The notes: generated by a model from the sequence alone, not told the origin. Positions 26,971 through 36,363 are shown, counted from the stretch's first letter. The stretch is DNA of 64,000 nucleotides from a virus (IMGVR_UViG_3300032249_000542:1-64000), one strand, 5' to 3'. Translations and numbers: made by a program.

Positions 26971-27045
26971 CGGTCTTTAGTAAAATGGATATTACGGTTG
27001 GCTACGAACCAGCAAGTGGGAGTTCGATTCTCTCAGGACCGGCCA
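26971..27045 (+). tRNA. tRNA-Arg(ACG)
   Basis: Cloverleaf, CCA. Confidence 0.92.
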
Positions 27046-27112
27046 TAATGAAATACATTTCGATGCTGTTCCGCGGCAGCGACCAAAAAGAGAGAAGTGT
27101 ATTTCATTATGG
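27043..27112 (+). ncRNA. long-stem hairpin element starting at the tRNA-Arg CCA
   Basis: CCATAATGAAATACATTT / AAGTGTATTTCATTATGG 18-bp stem. Confidence 0.55.
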
Positions 27113-27185
27113 TAATGTAGCACAGCGGTAGTGCAGCTCCTTCATACGGAGTTGGTCGGGAGTTCGAATCTCTCCATTACCACCA
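27111..27185 (+). tRNA. tRNA-Met(CAT), elongator-like
   Basis: Cloverleaf, G1-C72, CCA. Confidence 0.85.
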
Positions 27186-27187
27186 AT

Positions 27188-27263
27188 GCCGATTTAGCTC
27201 ATCAGGTAGAGCAGTTGATTTGTAATCATCAGGTGGTGGGTTCGAGTCCTGCAATCGGCACCA
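27188..27263 (+). tRNA. tRNA-Thr(TGT)
   Basis: Cloverleaf, CCA. Confidence 0.95.
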
Positions 27264-27271
27264 GAATTTAT

Positions 27272-27348
<77 letters not shown>

Positions 27349-27356
27349 GTATTAAT

Positions 27357-27432
27357 GGGGGTGTAGCTCAGCTGGGAGAGCGGTTGCTTTGCAAGCAATA
27401 GGTAGCGGGTTCGAGTCCTGTCACCTCCACCA
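27357..27432 (+). tRNA. tRNA-Ala(TGC)
   Basis: G3:U70, CCA. Confidence 0.95.
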
Positions 27433-27434
27433 AT

Positions 27435-27509
27435 GCCGATTTAGCTCAGTGGTAGAGCACCGTCTTGATAAGGCGGGGGTCCTTGGATCGTTCCCAAGAA
27501 TCGGTACCA
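27435..27509 (+). tRNA. tRNA-Ile(GAT)
   Basis: Cloverleaf, CCA; atypical T loop ATCGTTC. Confidence 0.9.
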
Positions 27510-27516
27510 GTTTTAT

Positions 27517-27592
27517 TGCGGGTTAGGGAAGTGGTCATCCCGTTAGGCTCATAACCTGAAGATCGTTGGTTCGAATCCATCACCCGCAACCA
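27517..27592 (+). tRNA. tRNA-Met(CAT), initiator-like
   Basis: TGCGGGT acceptor with weak 1:72 pair; GGCTCATAACC anticodon arm. Confidence 0.8.
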
Positions 27593-27605
27593 ACAAAGGT
27601 GAACT

Positions 27606-28076
27606 ATGAAAAAAGTTATTGACATTGACGAAGTAAAAGAGTATATTAGTCATTGTGGTCCAGATACTAAGATTTATCTTGGTGCGGACTCTGAACGATT
27701 TCAGATAGGTAAAGAATGGTTCGCCGATTATATTTTAGTTGTCGTTATACATATTGATGGATGCCATGGTTGTAAAATCTTTGGTTCTGTTGAGCGTGAG
27801 CGAGACTATGAGGTAAAGAAAAGTAAACCACGTATGCGTTTAATGAACGAGGTTTATAAAGTTGCTGACTTGTATTTGAAAATGGCAGATATACTTGAGG
27901 ATTTTGAAGTCGAGGTTCACCTTGATATCAACCCAAGTGAGATGCATGGTTCAAGTTGCGTTATTAATGAAGCGATAGGTTACATTCGTGGTATGTGTAA
28001 TGTTATACCACTTGTAAAACCAAAAGCATTCGCAGCAAGTTATGCAGCAGATAGATATAAAAGTTTTGCAGGTTAA
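27606..28076 (+). CDS. RNase H-like YkuK-family protein
   Basis: IYLGADS, RLMNEV, EVHLDIN, KPKAFAASYAAD. Confidence 0.8.
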   Translation: MKKVIDIDEVKEYISHCGPDTKIYLGADSERFQIGKEWFADYILVVVIHIDGCHGCKIFGSVERERDYEVKKSKPRMRLMNEVYKVADLYLKMADILEDFEVEVHLDINPSEMHGSSCVINEAIGYIRGMCNVIPLVKPKAFAASYAADRYKSFAG

Positions 28077-28077
28077 T

Positions 28078-28153
28078 GCGGGAATAGCTCAGTTGGTAGA
28101 GCGTGTGCTTGCCAAGCATAAGGTCGAGAGTTCGAGTCTCTTTTTCCGCTCCA
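28078..28153 (+). tRNA. tRNA-Gly(GCC)
   Basis: Cloverleaf, U73, CCA. Confidence 0.95.
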
Positions 28154-28157
28154 GTAT

Positions 28158-28231
28158 TACGGTGTGGCGTAGTGGCAGCGCAGGAGTCTCCAAAACTCTT
28201 AGTGGGGGTTCGATTCCCTCCACCGTAGCCA
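28158..28231 (+). tRNA. tRNA-Trp(CCA)
   Basis: Cloverleaf, G73, CCA. Confidence 0.95.
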
Positions 28232-28239
28232 AGTTTAAT

Positions 28240-28313
28240 GCGGGATTAGTTTAATGGTAAAACGAAAGCCTTCCAAGCTCTAGTCATCAGTTCGATTCTG
28301 ATATCCCGCTCCA
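28240..28313 (+). tRNA. tRNA-Gly(TCC)
   Basis: Cloverleaf, CCA. Confidence 0.95.
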
Positions 28314-28321
28314 AGTTTTAT

Positions 28322-28396
28322 GCACCGTTAGCTCAGCGGTAGAGCAACTCCCTTACAAGGAGAAGGTCTGCGGTTCGATCCCGTGACGGTGTACCA
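28322..28396 (+). tRNA. tRNA-Val(TAC)
   Basis: Cloverleaf, CCA. Confidence 0.95.
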
Positions 28397-28397
28397 T

Positions 28398-28473
28398 GCT
28401 ACTTTAGCTGATGTGGTCATAGCGGCGGTTTGAAGAACCGTTGAACGTGGTTCGATTCCACGAGGTAGCACCA
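28398..28473 (+). tRNA. tRNA-Phe(GAA)
   Basis: Cloverleaf, CCA. Confidence 0.92.
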
Positions 28474-28479
28474 AGTTAT

Positions 28480-28556
28480 GCGCTGGTGACGGAACTGGTA
28501 TACGTGTTGGTCTTAGAAACCAAATTTTAGGAGTTCGACTCTCCTCTGGCGCACCA
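28480..28556 (+). tRNA. tRNA-Leu(TAG), short variable loop
   Basis: 77-nt cloverleaf; variable loop is only ATTTT. Confidence 0.9.
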
Positions 28557-28557
28557 T

Positions 28558-28634
28558 GGGCCTTAAGCATAAGTGGTATAGGCAACCGACTCATAATCGG
28601 TAGACAGTTGGTTCGAATCCAACAAGGCCCACCA
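28558..28634 (+). tRNA. tRNA-Ile2(CAT), lysidine type
   Basis: GGGCCTT acceptor; CGACTCATAATCG anticodon arm as in bacterial Ile2. Confidence 0.8.
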
Positions 28635-28636
28635 AT

Positions 28637-28711
28637 CTGGCGTTAGTTCAATGGATAGAACAGTAGCCTTCTAAGCTATAAATGCAGGTTCGATTCCTGC
28701 ACGCCGGACCA
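28637..28711 (+). tRNA. tRNA-Arg(TCT)
   Basis: Cloverleaf, CCA. Confidence 0.95.
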
Positions 28712-28787
28712 GATTAATGATTATCACTAGGGTTTTGAATATACCCTTTTGTTAAATAGTGAAGCAGTACCAACCAAGGAGAAACTT

Positions 28788-28862
28788 ATGAAATGGACTA
28801 CCCCCTCAGCACAAGATATGCGTTTTGGTTTTGAAATCACAATGTATATTGCAAATCGCTAA
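28788..28862 (+). CDS. pqqA: PQQ precursor peptide (24 aa, not in track)
   Basis: AAGGAG RBS; MKWTTPSAQDMRFGFEITMYIANR with W..P...R.GFE and ExxxY. Confidence 0.92.
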   Translation: MKWTTPSAQDMRFGFEITMYIANR

Positions 28863-28866
28863 AAAG

Positions 28867-28887
28867 AAAGGACCTTAGGGTCCTTTT
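28867..28887. terminator. bidirectional terminator between convergent genes
   Basis: AAAGGACC-TTAG-GGTCCTTTT. Confidence 0.65.
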
Positions 28888-29060
28888 GCATTTGTTCTTG
28901 TTGGTTTAATTCTAATTTCAGAATCATCCTTTACACTACTGATGGCGTGTTCAATCCTTCTAGCTAAACTTTCATCCGTAGTCACTAGGATCAAACTATT
29001 TCCTTTTTTAGTTCTCACGTAATAATGTTTTTCGTTATCAAATTCTTCAACGTATAGCAT
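28875..29060 (-). CDS. hypothetical protein
   Basis: TAAGGA RBS on the minus strand. Confidence 0.55.
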   Translation of the reverse strand: MLYVEEFDNEKHYYVRTKKGNSLILVTTDESLARRIEHAISSVKDDSEIRIKPTRTNAKGP

Positions 29061-29065
29061 TTACT

Positions 29066-29848
29066 TTAATCCTTATACCCCGGGATTTCACAATCAACCC
29101 ATTTTAGATTATTATATTTTTCGTACAACCAACCACCTTTAGGAAGTAAGCATCGACCTAACTCTGGTGAATGCTCTATCCGCACTTGAACGACTGCCCA
29201 AACTAACCAAACAAAATAGATTATAAAAATTGTAGCAATTCCGTATTTCCATGCTTCACACTTAATTTTATTAATTCGCTTTATTTTTCGTATTGCAGCT
29301 TCTCTTTCATTTTGCATTTTAATACGAATGGCAATACTTTGTTCCTCTTGAATCTTTACCATCATCTTTTCGACTTTAGTATACAAATCACCTAACTCAG
29401 GAGGACTCTGATACACCATAATCTCACGGAGTTCTGCTTGCATTGATTGGAGTTTAGATTGCATCAAAACTCTTTGTAATGCACGTTTCCCTACACTATG
29501 CGGACCTTCATAAACTTCATAAGCATGCCTTTCTTCCTCTTGGAAGATTGCCATACAAGTTGCCATGTTCTCAAAGTAAGCACCTAGGTTTTCGCCAATA
29601 ATTGTATAGATATCATCAGGTTGTTTTTTGCTTAGTTCAATTACCCGATTTTTTTCTTGGATGTACTGATTATGTTCAGCAACGGTAGGAGGGCGATCTT
29701 TATGGGCGGAATGAAACTGGGACTCAAGGTCACCTAAAATTCCTTTTACGTCACTTGCCGCAGACGCAATTTCTTTGTATAATTTACATCCTTGTTTGAC
29801 GGCAGCAACAGCACCATTCGCCAATGCAAAGAGGGTAATCGGATCCAT
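29066..29848 (-). CDS. helical membrane-anchored hypothetical protein
   Basis: 260 aa; MDPITLFALANGAV...; C-terminal TM. Confidence 0.7.
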   Translation of the reverse strand: MDPITLFALANGAVAAVKQGCKLYKEIASAASDVKGILGDLESQFHSAHKDRPPTVAEHNQYIQEKNRVIELSKKQPDDIYTIIGENLGAYFENMATCMAIFQEEERHAYEVYEGPHSVGKRALQRVLMQSKLQSMQAELREIMVYQSPPELGDLYTKVEKMMVKIQEEQSIAIRIKMQNEREAAIRKIKRINKIKCEAWKYGIATIFIIYFVWLVWAVVQVRIEHSPELGRCLLPKGGWLYEKYNNLKWVDCEIPGYKD

Positions 29849-29866
29849 TTATGTTTACCGTTATTT

Positions 29867-29941
29867 TGTTGTAAATAGGCAACATAATAAACCATAACGG
29901 TAAACAATACACTTGACACACCTACATATTTATGATACTAT
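29867..29941 (+). promoter_or_regulatory. sigma70 promoter with upstream palindrome
   Basis: TGTTGT-N6-GCAACA at 29867-29884; TTGACA(29913)-17-TACTAT. Confidence 0.6.
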
Positions 29942-29969
29942 AACACATAATGTAAATTTAGGAAAAGGT

Positions 29970-31034
29970 ATGATTAAAACTCGCACAATTATCCAAGAAC
30001 CAGACGTTAAAGGTATAAGTCTAGACCAGACTACTTTATCGGCAACTTTGAACTGGTACAATCAAAACAAGGACTCTAAAGATTCCCAAAAGTATGCGTC
30101 CGACTATCTGAAGAAAAAGCATAAGATTAGTGCTGATTCGGTATTGAAGTATCGAGGTACTACGTTTGGGTACGTTTGTCGTATTTTGACAAATGGTGGG
30201 ATTCTATCTGACAAGGATCAATCGTGGTTTGATTCTGAACTGGAGAGTTTAAAATCTGACCTGAAGAAAGTAAAAGAAGAAGTACCTGTCGAAAAAACGA
30301 ATGTGATTAACATTCAGGACAGGATTCGTGAAAAGGCAAAAGAGTACATTGGTGAAATGGAAGGTCAGATTGATGATTTGATTATCTCCAACTTTTCTTC
30401 AAATGTTTCACCGTACGGTATAATGCATACAATGGAAGTAAAAGGTGCATACACAAAGTTTATCGTTGACCACTTCAAAACTCGCCGTGCAGAATTTGAT
30501 GAGGTATTGAATACAAAGGACAATGAATTAAAAGAAGCATATTCAAACTTTACAAAACCTAATCTAAAGAAATTGATTGCTTATTGTGACCAAGTTATTC
30601 TTGATTGTGGAAAACTTTCTAGCACAGCAGTTAAATCACGTAAGCCACGTAAACGTAAGGTAAAGAGTGCGACCGAATTAACTGCAAAGATGAATTACTG
30701 TAAAGAATTCGCAGAGTTAAAACTTACGTCAATTAAACCTACTGATATTATTGGAACCTTACAACTATGGGTGTACAATACCAAAACTAAAAAGTTAGGT
30801 GTGTATAATGCAGAAGATGCCGGAGGTCTATCGGTAAAAGGTAGTTCTATTCAAAACTTTTCGGAAACTAAATCTGTACAAAAAACTTTACGCAAACCTG
30901 CGGTAACTTTACCTGAAGTATTAAAAGGCGGTAAAGTTGTGTTGCGTAATATACTAACCGACATTCGTGCTGTTGAATCAGCCTTGACAGGACGAATAAA
31001 TAATGATACTATATTACTTCGTTCTGTAAAATAA
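29970..31034 (+). CDS. conserved T4-like hypothetical protein
   Basis: C-terminal LWVYNTK.KKL, KTLRKP and GRIN motifs; upstream of rnh. Confidence 0.75.
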   Translation: MIKTRTIIQEPDVKGISLDQTTLSATLNWYNQNKDSKDSQKYASDYLKKKHKISADSVLKYRGTTFGYVCRILTNGGILSDKDQSWFDSELESLKSDLKKVKEEVPVEKTNVINIQDRIREKAKEYIGEMEGQIDDLIISNFSSNVSPYGIMHTMEVKGAYTKFIVDHFKTRRAEFDEVLNTKDNELKEAYSNFTKPNLKKLIAYCDQVILDCGKLSSTAVKSRKPRKRKVKSATELTAKMNYCKEFAELKLTSIKPTDIIGTLQLWVYNTKTKKLGVYNAEDAGGLSVKGSSIQNFSETKSVQKTLRKPAVTLPEVLKGGKVVLRNILTDIRAVESALTGRINNDTILLRSVK

Positions 31035-31046
31035 ATTGGAAAAATA

Positions 31047-31895
31047 ATGATTATCTTTGACTACAATCAGGTTGCCATTTCAAACTTGATGGAACAAATC
31101 GGTTCATCCAAAGCACCGGTTGAAGAAAATTTGGTACGCCACATGATATTGAATACTATGCGTACCTATATCAAACGATTTAAAGAATCTCACGGACCAG
31201 AGGTAGTCATTGCATGTGACAATCGTAAATACTGGCGCCGTGAAATATTTCCACACTACAAAGCATCACGTAAGAAAAACCGTGATGCATCTGGACATGA
31301 TTGGAATTCTATCTTTGAGTGTTTACACAAAATCAAAGAAGAACTAAAAGAATATTCTCCTTACAAGGTAATTGATGTTGATGGAGCAGAAGCTGATGAT
31401 GTTATAGCATCGTTGGTTCTGAAGTATTCTCCGCATGGTAAGATCATGATTCTATCTTCCGATAAAGACTTTGCACAATTGCAAAAGTATCCTAACGTGG
31501 AACAGTTCTCACCAATCCTAAAAAGATATATCAAAGAACCACTACCTTCGGTTCAGTTAAAACAAATGATTATCCGTGGTGACAAAGGTGACGGTGTTCC
31601 TAACATTCTAACCAAGGATGATGTGTTTGTTGTTGGTGGTCGTCAGAAACCAATCACCGAAGCAAAGATAATTAATTGGTTGAATCAAGATCCCACCGAA
31701 TTTTGTAATGAAGAAATGCTTCGCAACTATTCTAGAAATGAATCGTTGATTGACTTAACAAAAATACCACAAACAATCGTGTCAGAAATACTAGATAAAT
31801 ACGAGAGTACACAAGCTAAAACAAAAAGTGTATTCATGAATTACATGATTGCAAATAAACTAAAAAATCTCATTGAGGTTTTGGATGAATTTTAA
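31047..31895 (+). CDS. rnh: T4-type RNase H (5'-3' exonuclease)
   Basis: YWRR..FPHYKASR, EADD, SSDKDF.QL, GDKGDGVPN. Confidence 0.92.
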   Translation: MIIFDYNQVAISNLMEQIGSSKAPVEENLVRHMILNTMRTYIKRFKESHGPEVVIACDNRKYWRREIFPHYKASRKKNRDASGHDWNSIFECLHKIKEELKEYSPYKVIDVDGAEADDVIASLVLKYSPHGKIMILSSDKDFAQLQKYPNVEQFSPILKRYIKEPLPSVQLKQMIIRGDKGDGVPNILTKDDVFVVGGRQKPITEAKIINWLNQDPTEFCNEEMLRNYSRNESLIDLTKIPQTIVSEILDKYESTQAKTKSVFMNYMIANKLKNLIEVLDEF

Positions 31896-31907
31896 CATAG
31901 GAAAATT

Positions 31908-32342
31908 ATGAACCAAGGTAGATTATACTTCGAAATATTCGAGGAGTTTGAGAAAGCATCGGGAAAGAATAAAATTGAGGTTCTGCGTAAGTATGAATCT
32001 AAAGCTTTTAAGAACTTCCTTTGTTGCGCTATGTCACCCAGTATCACTTTTGACATTAAAGAAATTCCAGTATTCAGACCTGCTGTAGAACCTGCTGGGT
32101 TAAACTTTGTTTACATCGAACAAGAAATGACACAGGTCTACAAGTACATCACAAATCACCCAGCAAAACCCGTTGGTATTACATTAAAAAAACAAATGGA
32201 ATTATTGGTGGTTACATTAGAATCTTTGCATAAAGATGAAGCAGAATTATTTGCTAACATGTTTAGAAAATCATTAAAGGTACGTGGATTAAATGCAAAG
32301 ATTGTGAAAGAAGCATTTCCGGATCTTCCATTAGAGGTGTAA
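31908..32342 (+). CDS. conserved T4-like hypothetical protein
   Basis: LESLHKDEAE...VKEAFP. Confidence 0.7.
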   Translation: MNQGRLYFEIFEEFEKASGKNKIEVLRKYESKAFKNFLCCAMSPSITFDIKEIPVFRPAVEPAGLNFVYIEQEMTQVYKYITNHPAKPVGITLKKQMELLVVTLESLHKDEAELFANMFRKSLKVRGLNAKIVKEAFPDLPLEV

Positions 32343-32431
32343 CATGAGTAAAGGTTCAAAGCCTAGACCTATTGAAATACCAAGGGATGATTTTGAAAAA
32401 AACTGGGACACTATATTTGAAAAGGTGACTA

Positions 32432-33175
32432 ATGAAGGTAGCTGTGGTAACGCCAACTGTAGGTGCAAAACAACTGGAACAATGTGTCCAAAGTGTTCAG
32501 AACCAAACGTATAAAAATTTAACTCATTATGTATTTGTTGATGGAAAGCAATTTAATAAAAGCGTGGATGAGCTTACAACGGGACTTCCAAATATTCAGC
32601 GTGTTTATTTGGAAGAAAACGTCGGTAAAGGTTGGTATGGTCATCGTGTATACGCTGCATCTTCTTTCTTGGTTAACGCTGATGTCATATGTTACCTTGA
32701 TGAGGACAATTGGTTTGATATACATCATGTTGAGGACTTGGTCAGCGTTCTTGAAAAGGGCAATGATTGGGCTTATTCGTTAAGGAAAATTTATGATAAA
32801 GATGGTGAGTTCGTTTGTAATGATGAATGTGAATCGCTTGGTAAATGGCCTATCTACTTTGATGATAGAGCCTTTCATATCGATACTAGCAGTTTCGCTG
32901 TTCGCCGTAATGTTGCAGTCCAAATAGGACATGCATGGTATGGGCAATGGGGTGCGGATCGTCAATTCTTTAATGCTATCAAACAACACTTTCCTAAGTT
33001 TGATTGTACGAGGAAACATTCAATGTGTTATCGTTTAGATGGTAACGAGAATTCTGTAACAAAAGAATTCTTCATTGAAGGCAACAAAGCAAATCATCAA
33101 AAATATAATTCACAATTACCCTGGTTACAAGAACCTAAGGGTGAACTGATTGGTCCTGGGATAACATTAATATGA
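32432..33175 (+). CDS. family 2 glycosyltransferase
   Basis: VVTPT, SVQNQTY, YLDEDNW. Confidence 0.85.
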   Translation: MKVAVVTPTVGAKQLEQCVQSVQNQTYKNLTHYVFVDGKQFNKSVDELTTGLPNIQRVYLEENVGKGWYGHRVYAASSFLVNADVICYLDEDNWFDIHHVEDLVSVLEKGNDWAYSLRKIYDKDGEFVCNDECESLGKWPIYFDDRAFHIDTSSFAVRRNVAVQIGHAWYGQWGADRQFFNAIKQHFPKFDCTRKHSMCYRLDGNENSVTKEFFIEGNKANHQKYNSQLPWLQEPKGELIGPGITLI

Positions 33176-34116
33176 AAACAGCATTGATTACTGGTGTATC
33201 GGGTTATCTCGGTTCGCACGTTGCAAAAGAATTGAAGAAGGCAGGATGGAAAGTTATTGGGTTAGATATAGTTCATACAATTAATCCTTACATCGATATT
33301 TTTTACTTGTGTAATATATCGGATGCTGTCTCGCTAGATGAATTGTTCAGTAGGGTAAAAATCGACACAGTTTTTCACTTTGCAGGATTGATTGAAGTTG
33401 GTAGTTCAGTTAAAAATCCTGCTGGGTATTGGAAAACAAATGCCGGTGGAACAATCAATCTTTTAGATATTATGAAACGTCATAAAGTAGAAAATATTCT
33501 TTATTCATCTACTGCTGGGTTGTATGAAACAAATAGTATTTTGCTTAATGAAGAATGTCCTCTCAATCCAGACAACAATCCATACGCAGGAAGTAAGTAT
33601 GTAGCAGAAATTGCGATTAAACAGTCGGGATTGAATTATCAGATTTTTAGATACTTCAATTTAGCAGGTGCTGATCCTGACGGTGAGTTTGGTGAGAATC
33701 ATTTTCCTGAAACACACTTGATTCCACGAATCTTTGAAAATCTAAATAACTTCACAATTTATGGCAATGACTATGATACAGTAGATGGCACTTGTGTTAG
33801 GGATTATGTTCACGTATCCGATGTTGCCGAAGCACATGTATTGGCTGCAAACAATTTAAATAACCTCACAATCAATCTAGGTACCGGAGTAGGATACTCG
33901 GTAAAAGAGATAGTCAACTTGGTAGAATTTGTAACGGGTAACAGAGTTAATTTCACTTTCGGTGAAAGACGAGGTGGTGACCCATCACAACTAGTTGCCG
34001 ATATCACTCTTGCCAAAGAGTGCTTGCACTACCGTCCCAAACATAGTATAGTTTCTATTATTGACACAGCATATAAATGGCATTCACAAAATGAAAAAAG
34101 AACCGATACAGTTTGA
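33172..34116 (+). CDS. galE: UDP-glucose 4-epimerase
   Basis: TGVSGYLGSH, YAGSK, RYFN.AGA, DGTCVRDYVHV. Confidence 0.92.
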   Translation: MKTALITGVSGYLGSHVAKELKKAGWKVIGLDIVHTINPYIDIFYLCNISDAVSLDELFSRVKIDTVFHFAGLIEVGSSVKNPAGYWKTNAGGTINLLDIMKRHKVENILYSSTAGLYETNSILLNEECPLNPDNNPYAGSKYVAEIAIKQSGLNYQIFRYFNLAGADPDGEFGENHFPETHLIPRIFENLNNFTIYGNDYDTVDGTCVRDYVHVSDVAEAHVLAANNLNNLTINLGTGVGYSVKEIVNLVEFVTGNRVNFTFGERRGGDPSQLVADITLAKECLHYRPKHSIVSIIDTAYKWHSQNEKRTDTV

Positions 34117-34615
34117 ATCTAATCACTTCCTTACTGGTGATATTAATAACGAAAATATAGAATCTGCAATGAAGTGGGTAGTCGATGCAAATGAAAAAAA
34201 AGTTCCAAGTATAATATCATTATATATTAATTCAGATGGTGGTGATCTGGCAGGTGCTTTTGCATTAATTGACGTTATGCGTGTATCCGCAGTTCCCGTT
34301 TCAACTATTGGTATTGGGAATATAATGAGTTCTGCTTTTATGATATTTGCTTCTGGAACAAAAGGACATCGTGCAATATCAAAAAACACTAGCATAATGA
34401 TGCACCAATTTCATCATGACTTTGGTGGCAAGTATCATGACATAAAAGCATTCTCACAAGAATTTGATCGTATTAATCAAAGAATGCTTAATACGCTTAT
34501 TGATTGTAGTGGTATGTCAGAAGATGATGTAAGGAAGTATCTACTTGGACCAACTGATTCTTGGATTGATGCGTATCAGTTGAAAGAGTATGGAATTGCT
34601 GACTATATTTTTTAA
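34091..34615 (+). CDS. clpP: ClpP-like protease subunit
   Basis: YINSDGG, IMSS (Ser), MMHQ (His), DSW (Asp), YGIAD. Confidence 0.8.
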   Translation: MKKEPIQFESNHFLTGDINNENIESAMKWVVDANEKKVPSIISLYINSDGGDLAGAFALIDVMRVSAVPVSTIGIGNIMSSAFMIFASGTKGHRAISKNTSIMMHQFHHDFGGKYHDIKAFSQEFDRINQRMLNTLIDCSGMSEDDVRKYLLGPTDSWIDAYQLKEYGIADYIF

Positions 34616-34633
34616 GGGGAGTTAAATAGTCAA

Positions 34634-34798
34634 ATGTTAGCGGGCGGAAGTAAATACCAGAAACCGGTCAAGACGAAATTCAAAAAGAATCTAGACCGTG
34701 AAGTTTTAAAATCAGAAAAGAAACGTCACCACGATAAAACTTTATATCGCTTGGCCAAAGAGGAAAAGGAAGAACATGTTACATTCGACAAATCGTAA
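34634..34798 (+). CDS. small basic protein (54 aa)
   Basis: Follows TTAAATA late-like promoter. Confidence 0.45.
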   Translation: MLAGGSKYQKPVKTKFKKNLDREVLKSEKKRHHDKTLYRLAKEEKEEHVTFDKS

Positions 34799-34952
34799 GG
34801 AAGCAATTGTTTCTGAATTAGTTGATTTGGAAGGTAAGATTGCTGATGCACAAAATAATCGATATGACCTCAAAAAAGAATTGGCAGAAATTCGCCGTAA
34901 GGAAATTGAGGAATCGATGAATGAAAATACCCAACAGTTACTAAAAGGTTAA
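34776..34952 (+). CDS. small coiled-coil protein (58 aa)
   Basis: AAGGA RBS; ends QQLLKG. Confidence 0.5.
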   Translation: MLHSTNRKEAIVSELVDLEGKIADAQNNRYDLKKELAEIRRKEIEESMNENTQQLLKG

Positions 34953-34962
34953 CATTTAGTCC

Positions 34963-35013
34963 TGTTGTTTTTATACAACAGGGCTTGACATAATACCTAT
35001 TTTTTGTTATGAT
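34963..35013 (+). promoter_or_regulatory. sigma70 promoter with upstream palindrome
   Basis: TGTTGT-N6-ACAACA; TTGACA-17-TATGAT. Confidence 0.75.
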
Positions 35014-35019
35014 TGTAGA

Positions 35020-35430
35020 ATGAAAACTATTCCTACAGTCGGTTCGGAAGTAGAGGTTACTGTCCGTTATCCAAATTATAATTACTTTACTAGTAATTGT
35101 CAACCTTTTAACGACACCACATACAAGGGTGTCGTTGTCAAAAATGCAAAATGGATTGCACAGGATTGCTTTTGTGTCAAAACTGACAACAAAGTTTATC
35201 CTTTGTCAATTATCACTTTGTCAAAAGTTCATGATATCAAAATACTAAAAGGCGATGTTGCCAAAATAAGAAAATTCAAGGTACTCGGTACCAAGGGTCA
35301 TACTTATTTGATAACATTGTCAAATGGACACTATTCCTGTCATTGTATTGGTTTCCAATATCACAACAAATGCAAACACATAACAAAAGTGCAAGATGTT
35401 GTAGAAAAACAACAAAACTCTACCGCTTGA
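35020..35430 (+). CDS. SWIM zinc-finger protein
   Basis: YSCHCIGFQYHNKCKH. Confidence 0.75.
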   Translation: MKTIPTVGSEVEVTVRYPNYNYFTSNCQPFNDTTYKGVVVKNAKWIAQDCFCVKTDNKVYPLSIITLSKVHDIKILKGDVAKIRKFKVLGTKGHTYLITLSNGHYSCHCIGFQYHNKCKHITKVQDVVEKQQNSTA

Positions 35431-35455
35431 CATAAAGCGGGTAACCCTGTATAAT
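35397..35455 (+). promoter_or_regulatory. early sigma70 promoter with upstream palindrome
   Basis: TGTTGT-N6-ACAACA; TTGACA-17-TATAAT. Confidence 0.8.
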
Positions 35456-35488
35456 GATTATATTGAGTTAAGTATTAAGGAGTTTCAA

Positions 35489-35803
35489 ATGATGTTAGTT
35501 ATCCACACCCAGTACCGTGAGAACTACGGTACACCTTCCGATCCTTTCTGGAAAATGAAAGGTGGCTATAGTCACAAGATTTTAAACGTACCAGTTTATA
35601 ATCAAACTGGCAATTATCGTCAAATAGCAGAATTCGCTGCTTCTAAATTATGTTGCAATAATGAAATGGCTATTGAGAGCATGGAATATTGGTCACTAGA
35701 ACCAGATACCTATCTGTCCGAGTTTGAGCGTAGCCAACTTGAGTATGACGGTAAAATTTTATTTCCCGAATCAACCTTAGAATATTCTAACCTAGGAGGC
35801 TAA
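35489..35803 (+). CDS. conserved phage hypothetical protein
   Basis: TAAGGAG RBS; TQYRENYG...WKMKGG. Confidence 0.7.
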   Translation: MMLVIHTQYRENYGTPSDPFWKMKGGYSHKILNVPVYNQTGNYRQIAEFAASKLCCNNEMAIESMEYWSLEPDTYLSEFERSQLEYDGKILFPESTLEYSNLGG

Positions 35804-35804
35804 C

Positions 35805-36005
35805 ATGCCTTTTATTATCGAACAAATACAACCGCCACCATCTGTAGGTTCTGATAATTCCTCAGATCCTATGATGGCTTATTTGTTTTTGTTATTTCTT
35901 GTTTTTTATTTTTTTCGTGGTTTAATCGTAGGTTTGATTTTTATGTCACTTCGGTTAACCCTATTAGCTATTTTTGGTTTTGCTACTTATAAATTATTCC
36001 TATGA
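35805..36005 (+). CDS. membrane protein
   Basis: GGAGG RBS; hydrophobic. Confidence 0.55.
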   Translation: MPFIIEQIQPPPSVGSDNSSDPMMAYLFLLFLVFYFFRGLIVGLIFMSLRLTLLAIFGFATYKLFL

Positions 36006-36346
36006 TAATCTACACAAATCAAAGCTCTAAAAAACGCAAGCCCAATGCAAAGCAGCGAGAATTGCAAAAGGACTGGAATGACTTGATGGCCAAGTGGTCC
36101 GTCACTTCTACCGTTAAGGAGCGCAAGGTAAAACCTTTGAAGTCCTACAGTTTGCAAATTCCTGCTGAGCGTAATCCTCGCAATTTACCGTCGGTTGATT
36201 CTGGCGTAGGTAATGCAACAAAACCTATCGAGGGTAAACGATACACAGGCGATAAAATGTTAGGTATCGGTACTTTGCACAAGTCTAATGCTGTTCCTAT
36301 TTTTACCGATCAAGAAGCAAAAGACCAAGCCAATATGCGACGGTAA
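36002..36346 (+). CDS. conserved T4-like hypothetical protein
   Basis: YTG..MLGIGTLHKSNAVPIF...A.MRR. Confidence 0.75.
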   Translation: MIIYTNQSSKKRKPNAKQRELQKDWNDLMAKWSVTSTVKERKVKPLKSYSLQIPAERNPRNLPSVDSGVGNATKPIEGKRYTGDKMLGIGTLHKSNAVPIFTDQEAKDQANMRR

Positions 36347-36363
36347 ATGTTGCCAAAAAAGAA

